This document shows positions 1 through 13,138 of a stretch of 64,000 bases of DNA, one piece after another. This stretch comes from Octopus sinensis. Taxonomy: Eukaryota. The stretch covers positions 44,888,001 to 44,952,000 of the forward strand of contig NC_043014.1 in NCBI RefSeq assembly GCF_006345805.1, given 5' to 3'. The translations under genes and the position numbers were made by a program. The notes under the pieces are model-generated. The model had not been told where the DNA came from and did no database searches. It worked only from the letters and a program-made list of their open reading frames with translations. The first letter of the stretch is position 1. Each line of letters opens with the position of its first letter.

Positions 1-589
1 GCACGGAGGCCAGTCGATGCGGTACTGGCTACGGCCACGTTCGGATGGTTTTCTTATGTGCCACGTGCCACCGGCACTGGTACCACAAAGATACAAATTC
101 CATTGATGTTCATCTATTTTGATTTGTTTTGATTTGATTTTCACTTGCCTCATGCATGTATATGTATATATGTATGTATGTATGTATATGTATATGTACA
201 TATAAATATGTATATATATATATATATTTGTACATATATATATACATATATATATATTTGTACATATATATATATATATACCCACTACACTCTTGGAGTG
301 GTTGGCGTTAGGAAGGGCATCCAGCTGTAGAAACTCTGCCAGATCAGATTGGAGACAGGTGCAGCCATCTGGTTCCCCAGTCCTCAATCAAATCGTCCAA
401 CCCATGCTTGCATGGTAAGTGGACATTAAATGATGATGATGATGATATATATATATATATATTTTACATACACATACACATGTGTTTGTGTGTGAAAATG
501 TTAACAAAACTGAGATGTAAACAAGAGATATTATAAAGTTTGAGAAATATCCTGTACAATATATAGTTTCCATACCTATTGTTTGGCAC

Positions 590-841
590 CAAACTGAAAG
601 AAGCCCGTCGTATATGTGTGTGTGTGTGTGTGTTTGTCTGTGTTTGTCTCCCCAACATTGATTGACAACCGATGCTGGAGTGTTTATGTCCCCGTAACCT
701 AGCAGTTCGGCAAGAGAGACCAATAGAATAAGTACTGGGCTTACAAAGAATAAGTCTTGGGGTTGATTTGCTCGACTAAAAGGTGGTGCTCCAGCATGGC
801 CGCAGTCAAATGACTGAAACAAGTAAAAGAGTAAAAGAGAG
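590..841 (+). mobile_element. SINE family A 3' half
   Basis: Matches 11235-11473. Confidence 0.75.
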
Positions 842-939
842 AGTATACATGCATATATGGATACAGGACGTCACCAACGGTGCAAATAATATGAACTATG
901 TAAAGAAATGGGTTAAATATATAAACAACAATGGTGTGA

Positions 940-1014
940 GCGGTTTAGCCTATTGGTTCAGAGCACCACCACGCGTAATCACGGAGGTGTGAGTTCGAAT
1001 CTCATAGCCAGCCA
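940..1014 (+). pseudogene. Degenerate tRNA-like sequence (tRNA pseudogene or SINE head)
   Basis: A-box TAGCCTATTGG; T-arm GTGAG-TTCGAAT-CTCAT; imperfect acceptor and anticodon stems. Confidence 0.4.
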
Positions 1015-1819
1015 CCAACACTTTTAACGGTGGTACATCAGCATGGCCGCAGCTCTGAGCTGAAACTACAGGAAAAAAACAAGAAAATATGGAAAGCAGG
1101 ACAAGTAAACACAGAGAAAGGACCCGTCATTAGTTGTTGGTTGTCTATCTACTCCTCATATCGAACATCTAACGACAATATGAGTGTTCAAAGACAGTTG
1201 CTCCTACAAATTCTAAAATAAAATTTAGGATTTATGGAGGGTCAAAGTTGGGAACAAAAACATGACAGTGGAGACATACCAGGAAACCGAACAAAACCAA
1301 ACATGGAGGGTCGTTAGACCAGAATGAGAGGAAAAAAGTGAACACTGGGAGAAACATTTTTTTTGAAAAGAGAAAAGATAGAAGAGAGAGATATATATCA
1401 ACATTAGCAGCATCTCATGTAATGTTCACTTTTCCATGCATGTAGGGACCAGATGGAACTTTGATGAAGATTTCCAATGCTTGATGCCTTTCTTGTCACT
1501 AAACTTTAGCTGTTTTCAAGTATGGTAATACTTCCCCGTGGCTGACAAGTTTCTCATGGGAAACAGAAATGAACAGCATTGCTTGTATGATGGTGATGCT
1601 AATTCGCAACCATCACATGTCAAAACAAGAGTACACACACACATATATAAATATATATCATATATATATATATGATGATGATGATATATATATATATATA
1701 TTACATAATAAAACATATGGTATACACTGGGTAGCTTACCAGTAAGACACATTAACTTTCAACGTTTCTTGTGGTGATTAATAAATATTCTCATATCTTC
1801 CATTTCTCTCATTAACCAA

Positions 1820-1867
<48 letters not shown>

Positions 1868-3339
1868 ATATAAATATATATATATAGGGAGAGTTTACGA
1901 AAAAAACAAAAGACGAAGACAGGTGGTGTACAAAACAAACAGATGTATTAGTATAACGCTCAGGAATAGAAAAAGTATTTTACGTTTCGAGCCTATGCTC
2001 TTCCACAGAAAGAAACAAGGAGATATATCATACACATACATACATATGATAGGATTCCTTTAGTTTCCATCTGCCAAATCCACTCACAAAGCTTTGTTTT
2101 AAGGATATACCTTACCCATGTCCCACAGTGGGACTTTGCAAGAGACAACATGGTTGGGAGTCAGCTTCATAACCATACAGCAGGAAGTAACATTTACTTG
2201 GCCTGGACTTTTAGCATGCTGTGGTTACATGACCAAACCATTTCATTTTTTGGCTTTTTAACAATTGATAAAAGAGGTCTGTGGTTTACAGTATTCCTCC
2301 AAAATCATTTTCCTAACATTCTTATTAGTTTGATATTCTACACATGGAATGCAGAGCATCTTTCTATAACATTTCATTTCAAAGGGCATGATCTCTTTAT
2401 CTCTCTTTCAGCATCTAACATACATGATTCACACCCATAAAGTGCAGCTGAAATTGTGATTGCTCTTAAGAAAGAAAAAAAAAAAAAAAAAAAAAAGAAA
2501 GAAAGAAAAAAAAAGAAAGAAAATGAACTATTGTTGTTATTGTAATCTTATTATTTTTTTTCCCAAGCAGTGTATCGTTTTACTGAAGCAATTGTAGTTG
2601 CTGCAAGCTGATATTTAACTTCTGATATTAACATTACAGTTTAAAATTTCCCCCAATTACATACATGCCTTAGCATGTAATATGGGGTAAGTTTTTCGGA
2701 ATTTCACCTTTATTAAGATGTTATCATAAATTATCTGAATTACAAATATAAATTCAAATTCAACGTTGTAAATGTTAATCGTTGTTGAGGTCTGTAATGG
2801 AGAGGGGTAAATAAATGTTTGTGAAGTTTCGGCATAAGTGTATTTAGATGGGTTTTATGATAAGCAAAGTGTAAATTCATTAACCCTTCTGTTTCCGTAT
2901 TTCTGTTTGACTACATTGGTTTTGTTTCAATTAACTTTGAAATTAATGAAATATTTACTAAAATGATATTGTTATATTTCGGAATGGTCATTTTGCCAGT
3001 TGAGCCAATAAAAACACACGCACTATATATTTGGTGTTACTTTGCTTCAGTGTTATTCATTTTTACATTAATCTTAATCTTATTTCGGCCAGAGTTCTTT
3101 CGTCACACTCCTGTGACTGCATCAGTGGTCCTTTGTTTTCTTCTTTCATATTTGTGTCTCTCCTTACTAACCGTCAGCCACTTTGTATTTCTATTGTATG
3201 TGTCTTCATTTGCGCATGCTTATATCTCTATGTGCATGTATGTTTATTTAGTGTGTGTATGTGGGGGGGATGCCTGTAATATTTGTATCTTCTGTTTATA
3301 TACTAAAATAACTTTTGTCGTTATTAAGCTGCTGTTCAA

Positions 3340-3726
3340 TCTTATATATAAAGCAGAAGTTGTCTGTGTATGGCAGGTTTGGTAGCCTTCAACTAACACT
3401 ATCTCCTCCGAGACCCTGTGGCGCAAGTTCACCAAAGTTGAGAGTATGATAGAAGAAGACTTGCTCTTCATTCCGTAGAAGATAAAATTCAAATCGGACC
3501 ATGTTAAGACCAAAAGTTATCTACATCAAAAAGTGCTTTTTCCTATGAAAATCCCTATTTTTTACGATTTTTTTACTGCTGTGTCCCTATTTTTCGGTGT
3601 ATTTCAACCAGAAAAATGTTCACTTAAAGAGAATAACAAGCTACATAATGCAAAATTTTTACTTTTCAAAAATTCCAATTCTAAAGGGTCAAAACAAACC
3701 CGAGGAACGCCGGCCGATACTGCTAG
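3340..3726 (+). mobile_element. Non-autonomous Helitron, family 1
   Basis: 5' TC, 3' hairpin followed by CTAG, inserted between A and T with no TSD. Near-identical copies at 48589 and 61290. Confidence 0.8.
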
Positions 3727-3888
3727 TATATATTAAAATTAAATTTTGTTGGAAGTTTTTAATTAAGATCACTTCAAAATGGAAAATTGTATAATGGAAC
3801 CAAGTGTGGCTTCAGGTTGGTATCAAAAGGGTTCAATATAATGATGTAAGGAATTTGGGGATAAAAAAATCTTTTTTTTTTTTGTTTA

Positions 3889-4273
3889 TAGGAGTGGCTG
3901 TGTGGTAAGTAGCTTGCTTACCAACCACATGGTTCTGGGTTCAGTCCCACTGTGTGACACCTTGGGCAAGTGTCTTCTACTATAGCCTCGGGCCGACCAA
4001 AGCCTTGTAAGTGGGTTTGGTAGACGGAAATTGAAAGAAGCCCGTCGTATATATATATATGTGTGTGTGTGTGTCTGTGTTTGTCCCCCCAACATCGCTT
4101 GACAACCGATGCTGGTGTGTTTACGTCCCCGTAACTTAGCAGTTCGGCAAAAGAGACCAAGAGAATAAGTACTAGGCTTACAAAGAATAATTCCTGGGGT
4201 CGATTTGCTCGACTAAAAGTGGTGCTCCAGCATGGCCACAGTCAAATGACTGAAACATGTAAAAGAGAAAAAG
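3889..4273 (+). mobile_element. tRNA-derived SINE, family A
   Basis: A-box TGGCTGTGTGG, B-box GGTTCAGTCCC, internal (TA)/(TG) tract, AAAAGAG tail. Copies at 11093, 59031 and 63247; partial copy at 590-841. Confidence 0.85.
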
Positions 4274-4511
4274 AATTATATTTTTATTGGTATTTATTCA
4301 AAATATTCAAGAATTATATTGTGTATGCTTATAGAGATATATTTTTCTAACACTCACCTTCCACATTTTGGTAAGTAGCAGCAAAAAGGTTCAGTTATTA
4401 AGGTCCAAAGTCTCTTTCACTCTATTCTTGAAACCCACTTGCTCTTTCAACAACTTTTTAAAATTCTTCCATTTTCCAACAGTTGTTCAACTGTCCCTCT
4501 ACTGTCTAAAC

Positions 4512-4729
4512 CAGTGGTTCTCAACCAGGGTTCCGTGGAATCTTAGGGTTCTGCCAGTACAGTCCAGGGGACCCGCAAGAAGTTACAAAACTGCTAAAAT
4601 CGGCAGTAATTTTAAAGTCTCCTGTGCAGATATGTGTGCATAAGACTATTAAATTATTGCACAGGGGTTCCTTGAGCCAGTGGAATGTTTCCTTGGGGTT
4701 CCGCTCCAGCAAAATTTTGAAAAGCACTG
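4512..4729. mobile_element. hAT (Charlie-like) MITE
   Basis: TIRs CAGTGGTTCTCAA / TTGAAAAGCACTG; 8-bp TSD gtctaaac / gtctaagc (7 of 8 match), similar to the NTCTAGAN target consensus. Confidence 0.8.
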
Positions 4730-5319
4730 GTCTAAGCCCTCAACAGTTGTTCCGTTTCAATTCTGCTATCTCAACACCTAACAACTGTTCAAGTGTCTCT
4801 CTCTGCTTTTCAAAACACCTTCTGAACTCTCCCAACCATATGCAGTTGTTCAACTCTAACTTACCTTGCATTGATCACATTGATCTCACCTCACTCTTGA
4901 TTGAATTTCTTGTTTAGCCTCACATTAATTATGATCAAGTAAACTTTTTAGGAGAAAGATATTCCAGCTGTGACCACCACATCTTTCAAGAAGTCTATTT
5001 TAGACTACATACTTCCCTTGCTTTATTATGGATGGTATGATTTATTCTGAGTGGTATTTGTCATCAACTTTGGTGACTTCAAAGTACACAAACACCTTTT
5101 GATTCTCCCATCAACACAAAGAAATGCACATTGAACAATGTAAACCGCTATACATTAAAAGAAAAAAAATCAAGATTGTCAAAGCTAGATTATCTCTGTT
5201 CATAGGTCTACTCAGCCAAGACTGACCTGAGGCTGGGCAGTAGCAATAAGAATGAGCTTCTCTTCCACAGGTTGTTTTAAGTATTCAGTAAAACATTTCC
5301 TCGACAGAAACCACATTAA

Positions 5320-5795
5320 CCCTTTCGTTACTGTATTTATTTTGAGATGCTCTGTGTTCTTTGAATTACTTTAAATATAACAAAGAATTTAGTAAAATAA
5401 CTTAGTTATCATTCAGCTAGTGTTAGGAACATAAATTGTGACTAAGGTTTGGTATGGAAGATTTTAATTCAAAACTTATGAAAACAAGACATTTATACTA
5501 CAGAACCAGAGGTGGTTTCAGCTGGGTTGGTATTAAAAGGGTTAAGAATTATTTCTCTATTATATATTTTAACCCTTTCATTACTGTATTTTTTTTTTGA
5601 GATGTTCTGTGTTTGTTTCAATTACTTTAAATATAGCAAAGAATTTAGTAAAATAACTTAGTTATCATTCAGTTAGTGTTAGGAACATAAATTGTGACAA
5701 AGTTTTGGTGGAAGATTTTAATTCAAAACTTATGAAAACAAGACATTTGTACTACAGAGCCAGAACCAGTTTCATCCGGGTTGGTAACAAAAGGG
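5320..5795. mobile_element. Two adjacent piggyBac-like MITEs (5320-5541, 5573-5795)
   Basis: Each is about 222 bp, TTAA|CCCTTT...AAAGGG|TTAA, with the same interior as copies at 43718 and 58009. Confidence 0.8.
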
Positions 5796-5833
5796 TTAAA
5801 TAAAGACAAGAAAGAAGGAACAGTTGTAACTGG

Positions 5834-5839
5834 TTTATT
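5834..5839 (-). promoter_or_regulatory. Candidate distal polyadenylation signal AATAAA of the minus-strand gene (implies a 3'UTR of about 2.7 kb)
   Basis: Minus strand reads tatttAATAAAccagttacaac followed by U-rich ttctttcttgtctttattt. AATAAA is common in AT-rich DNA, so support is weak. Confidence 0.25.
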
Positions 5840-6301
5840 AAATATATATATTCATATATAAACAAAAACAATGTTTCGAAAGTGTATTAACAGCTGATTG
5901 TACCAAACAGTTTCTAGTGGCTTGTTTATATATGGAGACAAAAAAAAAAATAATCTACTTTTATTAATTGATGCTTAGATCCAATTAATAAAACGTAAGT
6001 CCTTTTGACTGTTACATCTTTATAAGAACAATGTATTTCTTCTTTTGAGAGGATCTCTTTATATCATGTCGTGTAAAGTTAGGGTTCAAAAGTTAGAAGA
6101 CAAAAAAAAAAACGAATAATAAAAAGCTTCCATTTATCAAAATCGCTTAAAACTCAGTATCGGGTCTATAAAGCTCTTATAAAAGTAGCAAAACTGGAGA
6201 AAGATCTCAACCAGTACTAATCCGTGACACGTAATTTTTCTCATGTGCATAATAAATAGTCACCAGGATAAACTTATTCTTTCCTTAACAATAATAATAA
6301 C

Positions 6302-6343
<42 letters not shown>

Positions 6344-6455
6344 TGGACGGTAAAATGTATCTTACAAAGGGGTCTTGAATTAATGGGAATTTTAGGGTTA
6401 TTCTTATTCATTGGTGTTGACATGTGTGCTTGTACATTGCATCCTATATATATAT

Positions 6456-6489
<34 letters not shown>

Positions 6490-6572
6490 GTATATATTTA
6501 TATATATGTGTATATGTATATATGTGTGTATGTGTATATATATATCTATATCTATCTATATATATCTATATC

Positions 6573-6623
<51 letters not shown>

Positions 6624-7247
6624 CATATATATGCATGTATGTATGTATATAACCAGCTAGCTCTAGATAAAAATAAATATATACACATACACAGTGGTCT
6701 ATATTGTATGGCTGTACAAGCTAAACTAAATGGATTTAACAGTATACCTATGTATAAATCATAATATATTCCTTCAATTATGTACACACATATCTAAGTT
6801 GTGCATGTGTGCGTGTGAGAGAGACAAAGAGAGAGAGACACACACACGTATGGCTTTGACTTTTATGACTTAGCATCACTTCAGCATCTGGCTTACATAG
6901 TTAATTACTGTATATATTCATACACAAATAAATGTAAACGTTGAATCAGATTTCCAACCCTAGTGAGTTACTGTTACATAATCTGCCAGCAATATCAGAA
7001 GCAATGTCTGTTGTGACAACACACACACATATATATATATATGCATACACACACACAAGTACTGATTCACTTTTTCATAGCTGAAGCCTCACTCTGTCAC
7101 TGCTTTGGGTTTCCTTATTTCTGGACAAAAGAAAATGGGAAACTCAGAGCAGCCACAGAGTGACCTTTCAGTTTTGAATAAATGAACTCTACTACGCAAA
7201 TTGAGTACTTTTCTCTCTCACTCTTATATATCTGAATGCATACACAC

Positions 7248-7313
<66 letters not shown>

Positions 7314-8207
7314 ATATATATATATATATGTATATATATACATATATATATATATATATGTATATATATGCCTATAGTTACAAATATATGTGTATATGTC
7401 TGTATTTGTGGTTGTGTATACTAATGTTTTGTTGAGTGCATCTCTCAAATCATGTTAAGCATAGATATGTGTCTATGTGTTTAAAGATGATATGTACACA
7501 AAATAATATTAAAGTCCTACTCAAACAACAGAAAATAAAATATCAAAATAAATAACAATAACATCAACACAACAATAATAAAACTAACACTAATACTACA
7601 AGTTCAACTACTACAACTATTGTTGTTACTACTACAAATAATAATGATAACAAAGATAGCTATTCTCCATTTTAGCACAAGGACACATTCAGAGAGAAGA
7701 GGTATAGTGTTAATTTATAGAGAAGAGGTATAAGAATCACCCTCATAATATTACTGGTATCTGTTTTGTTATTATCAGAGAGGTGAAAGGCAAAGTTAGT
7801 CCTGTAAGATAATAATAATAATAATAACAATAATAATAATAATAATAATTGTTTCTAATTCAGACGGAAGGCCACAAATTCGAGAAAAGGGAACAGTCAG
7901 TTATGTCATCAAATATATGGCTGGTATTTATTTTTATCAACCCCTAAAGGAAGAAAGGCAAGGTTGACCTTGATAAGATTCAAATGGGGACAATGAAGGG
8001 ACTTAAGCAGACATCGCAAAGCATCTTATCCAGTGCTCTACTGAATCTGCCAATTAACCACCCATATTATTATTATTATTATTATCATCAATTATTATTA
8101 TTATTATTATTGTTGTTGTTGTTGTTCTTCTTCTTACTATTGTTAATTTTTTGTATTTATTCTGTTATCCTTATCATCATCATCATCATTATTATTATTA
8201 TTATTAA

Positions 8208-8238
<31 letters not shown>

Positions 8239-8534
8239 AACAATAAGAATATTTCTCCTTAAAACAAGAAAGAATGTAGATGCATAATAGAGCGTATGCA
8301 TGTGTGCGTAAAAGAGAGAGAAGAATAGAGAAGTAGAGAGAGAGATATAGATAGAAAGAAAGCATACAGAGAAGGCCAGGGACACACAGACATAAAAATC
8401 ATCATAAAATGGAACCAACAAACTGTGTCTATAACAACAGTAATAAGTTTCTCCTTTGTTTTCTTTTCCGTTTTGTTCTCTGGTTTCAACTTCTATCATA
8501 CTGCTGTGATTTACATGTCCAGAATTGGTCGACG

Positions 8535-8606
8535 TTATTCAGGGGCTGGTTCCTCAGTTGGGGCCTCTGCAACTTGTTCTTCGTTTTCGGCATCAGCTTC
8601 GGGTTC
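8535..8606 (-). CDS. Terminal coding exon of the IQ/repeat protein (EPEADAENEEQVAEAPTEEPAPE*)
   Basis: Acceptor ttttggtag|GAACCC (AG at 8608-8607). 23 Glu/Ala/Pro-rich codons then TAA (8537-8535). Phase 0 matches the donor at 13139, and composition continues the acidic tail of the upstream exon. Confidence 0.8.
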   Translation of the reverse strand, partial: EPEADAENEEQVAEAPTEEPAPE

Positions 8607-8869
8607 CTACCAAAACGTGTCCGTCGGAAGAGCAAGTATCATTTGTGACAATTCAAAGGTTTATTTTATTTTTGAATTGTGTTTTTTTTTAATTTTTATT
8701 ATTATTATTGATATGAAATAAAGAAAAAAGAAAAATTACAGTTAAGATTGGTTACAAACACAGATTCTAAACAATATAATGAATAAAAAAAAGCACAAAA
8801 ACAAAAAACAGGATACATACAAACACATACAATTTATATTACATATGAGTGGTGTATGTGTGTATGTGT

Positions 8870-8998
8870 GTACATACATACATATATATATATAAAGTGT
8901 ATATATATATATATATATATATATAGTGTGTGTATGTATATATATATATATATATATATAAAGTGTATATTTATATATATATATATATGTATATAGTG

Positions 8999-9030
<32 letters not shown>

Positions 9031-9072
9031 TATATATATATATATACACTTTATATATATATATACATATAC

Positions 9073-9162
<90 letters not shown>
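8870..9162. repeat. Compound (TA)n microsatellite
   Basis: Directly visible; similar tracts at 150-280, 1820-1885, 6445-6650, 7250-7370, 33860-33930, 49915-50005 and 55405-55480. Confidence 0.95.
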
Positions 9163-9167
<5 letters not shown>

Positions 9168-10133
9168 GTGTATATGTATTATGTGTGAGTGTGTGAGTTT
9201 ACAAAAATACAGTAGCGCAGTGGATAAGAGTGTTGAAACTTTGACAATTGCAAAAATAATACAGTTAAAGATGAAAGATTAAAATCAACTTGAGCATCAG
9301 ATTACAGAAATTATAGACAAACTTCACAGAAAACCTGCTGCCTACCTATTCCTGACAGAAAACTGGACTGAGGTGTAGATAATAAGATACACTAGCAAAA
9401 TATTTACTGAACAATCTGCAGAAGATCTGAATGCAAGAGCTATTAAGTAGGTAGTCCAATGCCATATTCTCTCAACCATTCTACTGGTATGTTCTTTAAC
9501 TAGGGCTAATGTAAAGATTTTGAAACTTTGGACAAGAAATTTTGAAACTCTAGTGTTATCTTTAATATGCAAATGTGAATTGTGAAACCAGTAGAGGGAG
9601 AGAATAGAACTGGTGCTTAGCATTCAAGAGGATGTTATACAATCACTTGATCCTATTAAAAATAGTAACCAAATTTCCCTTAAAACACACCCTACCATCT
9701 TAGAAAAGGAACAGCTTACTGGAAAATATAATTCTAAATATACTATCTGTAAAAAACAATCATAAATTGAAGACCTGTGATGATAAATCTGTTCTGTCAA
9801 GACCTAATTGTGTCCAGTGGTAGCAATGGCCTTTATTTTAATTAAATGGAGAATCACAAATTTGAAATGAAAAATAAAATAAAAAGACAAAACAACAGAA
9901 CAAATACACACCCAAGTAAGGCACCTAGAGATGATTGGAGAATCATATTGGTCAAGCACAAAATCAGAAACATTACAAAATCTTTACTACACAGACTTAA
10001 TAAACGGTTTCATTATTCTCGAGGCATGTGCAATTCTTTGCTCAATTGGTCATCTTTGTTGGCTTTGTATCATAATTTCATTTGCTTTTGCTAAACTACC
10101 ACATGTATTGAATGAAAACTTTAAATGATAACG

Positions 10134-10318
<185 letters not shown>

Positions 10319-10569
10319 TGACAGAAGCTAACAATGATGACTATGAAACATGAATGATGACTAGCAAGAAATAATCTATCATACAACACAGAAATGATCA
10401 ACCATGCAACCATGCAGTCATGCAGAAGTAGAAAATACAAACTGTTTTAGTGAAGTCAATAAAGAGGGGAAAAAAAGAAAAAAAAACTGTTCAAAACTCA
10501 AAGTAGACTGAAACATTCGTTGTAGATATTTCAAAAAATATTCCAGATTTTGGTTCCAGGATAATTTAA

Positions 10570-10800
10570 GCCTCTTAAGCAGGAAATAGCTTGGTGAAGT
10601 CGATAAAGTTCGTGTTTGGCTTGAAGAACTGCAGCAGAGGTGGTGTTTGGAGAGAAACTATGAGCAAGGAGAGAGTCCAGGGCAATTTCGGTTCCGAAAA
10701 AGAAATAGTGACATTGTAGAGCGACAAGAGGTGGAGAGGCAGATCCATCAAATGGATTCAGGTGAGAGTTTATACAGAATTAGCCAGTGACAGAAGTTGC
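10570..10800 (-). mobile_element. Probable decayed CR1-group LINE 3' end
   Basis: Loose resemblance to the SFF.RT..LWN.LP...FP....LQ.FK motif; heavily decayed. Confidence 0.35.
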
Positions 10801-11092
10801 AATTTGTTTAAGATTAAAGCAGCTTAATTTCTCTAATATTCCAGCCCACAATAAATAGATTTTTCAATGGTGCATATACAGCATGATGGATTGTGATCAT
10901 TTAAACATATTCCCATTTACATTAACTTCAAAACAACCAAGTGTAAACTAGAATTATTAGAAAGGAAAAGTTTCAGCTTTTATCATTTCCCTAGTATCAT
11001 AAGCGAAGCTGATCATAAAAATGAATAAGAAATTGAAAACTTGGAAAATATCTACAGCTACAATTGTTTTTATATTTGGTTTGCAACATATA

Positions 11093-11473
11093 GGCGCAGG
11101 AGTGGCTGTGTGGTAAGTAGCTTGCTAACCAACCACATGGTTCCGGGTTCAGTCCCACTGCGTGGCATCTTGGGCAAGTGTCTTCTGCTATAGCCCCGGG
11201 CCGACCAATACCTTGTGAGTGGATTTGGTAGACGGAAACTGAAAGAAGCCTGTCGTATATATGTATGTGTGTGTGTTTGTCCCCCTAGCATTGCTTGACA
11301 ACCGATGCTGGTGTGTTTACGTCTCCGTCACTTAGCGGTTCGGCAAAAGGGACCGATAGAATAAGTACTGGGCTTACAAAGAATAAGTCCTGGGGTCGAT
11401 TTGCTCGACTAAAGGCGGTGCTCCAGCATGGCCGCAGTCAAATGACTGAAACAAGTAAAAGAGTAAAAGAGAG
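11093..11473 (+). mobile_element. tRNA-derived SINE, family A (full length)
   Basis: Highly similar to 3889-4273. Confidence 0.85.
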
Positions 11474-11959
11474 TATTCTTGATGTGAATTCGTGTGTTGA
11501 AACAAATTTTGTTGTGTCTTTGGGAGAGTCATCATGCCAACCAACTGAATTAAACCTTATTGGTGTAGTGACTCTCCTAAGATACAACTAAATTTACGAT
11601 TATATTATATATCTAGCATCAAAAAACAACTCAAGACATATAACTGATGTCTTTGTTTAGAGATTGTGGCATCAACACACTACAAGACACATGGCAAATA
11701 GCACATGTAGTGGATACTTTCAGAGCAATGGTCATGATATTTACTTCGGCTTATCTAATTGAATTACACTGTCACAAAATTTTAGGTAATCATAAATGGT
11801 ACTTCAAAGGTCATACAATTACAAATTAATCTACTCCTACTATGTATAATGCAAATGTATTTACAAATATGTTTAACTAATCTAACAGAAGAAATGTTTT
11901 TTTTTCAACTCTAAACTTTCAGGCCTTGTACCCCTAATAGAAAGAATTATTATTATTAC

Positions 11960-12150
11960 GTGCGGGTGGCACGTAAAAAGCACCCACTACACTCACGGAG
12001 TGGTTGGCGTTAGGAAGGGCATCCAGCTGTAGAAACATTGCCAGATAAGACAGGAGCCTGGTGCAGCCTTCTGGCTTCCCAGATCCCCGGTCGAACCATC
12101 CAACCCATACTAGCATGGAAAGCGGACGCTAAACGATGATGATGATGATG
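11960..12150 (+). mobile_element. Family D retroposon (3' end only)
   Basis: Shared 3' end and (GAT)n tail. Confidence 0.8.
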
Positions 12151-13138
12151 TGAAAACAATAATTGTGTTTCTTTAAATAAATAATCAACTCCTTCATTCA
12201 GATATGAATGAACAGATTTGAAGGAGAAGAAACATACGAAGTTGTCGTGATCATATATTTTCCCAAGTTCGTTAATGGACAAAATATAATGACACCAAAT
12301 GGAAATCAAAAATTAATTAATTAAAAGCTGATTTGGAAGTTACCTGATTTGTAATATTGATCTTTAAAATGATGATTACTGAGGAAATATTGACTTTGAT
12401 AGTCTGCTGTTACCCAATGTCAAAGTGTAGTAAATAGGCACTTGCACAAGCAGGATCTCCTTTATAAACACTGTTATACATAATCAAAAACTTCTTAACC
12501 AAAGTAGATGAAGATCCACATTAGGGCTTTCATGACAACTGGAAAATTTTACTATTCCTATTTTGATTTGGACAAGATTTCAACTCCACACTAAAAACCA
12601 ATCAAGTCTAGGAGTGTTGAGTAAGTTAAATACAAAAGTATGCAAAATGCATACCCTAATTTTGTTCATAGGCTCCTACTTCTGTGTTTCTTACTGAAAG
12701 TTTGTTTTAAATAATGAATTTAGCTCCTTTTTGTGCAACAAAGCTTTCTTTCTAAAACTTGTTTTTAAGAAATTACGAAGAAAATATTTAAGAAATCCAA
12801 TTAATTCAACACTCGGCAAACTATCTTTTCCAAACCAAGTATTTCCCAATTAATTATATTAATTATAAATCAGCTTAACTTTCTTTCTACTCCACCTTTT
12901 TACTCTCTCACTAACAAATGGAATAAAATATGTGTAGTAGAAGATGCACACATGAATTTCTTCTGATATTGTTTCTTCCTCAAGATATCCCTAAAACATC
13001 ATCTTAAACAAGATATCAGCAGTTATACTCTAAAACACAAATAAAGTGACTGCAAGAAATAGACTAAAGTAATGGCTTTTGATAGTATTACTTAATATTC
13101 TCAGCGGATTTCTTTGCTATTGTGGCTTGGTAACTTAC

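Noticed and set aside
8409-8721. Plus-strand ORFs over the terminal exon
   Set aside because: Antisense of the real minus-strand exon and 3'UTR.
9230-9600. Coding-looking plus-strand stretch (NQLEHQITEIIDKLHRK...)
   Set aside because: Interrupted by several stops and not assignable to any family I recognise.
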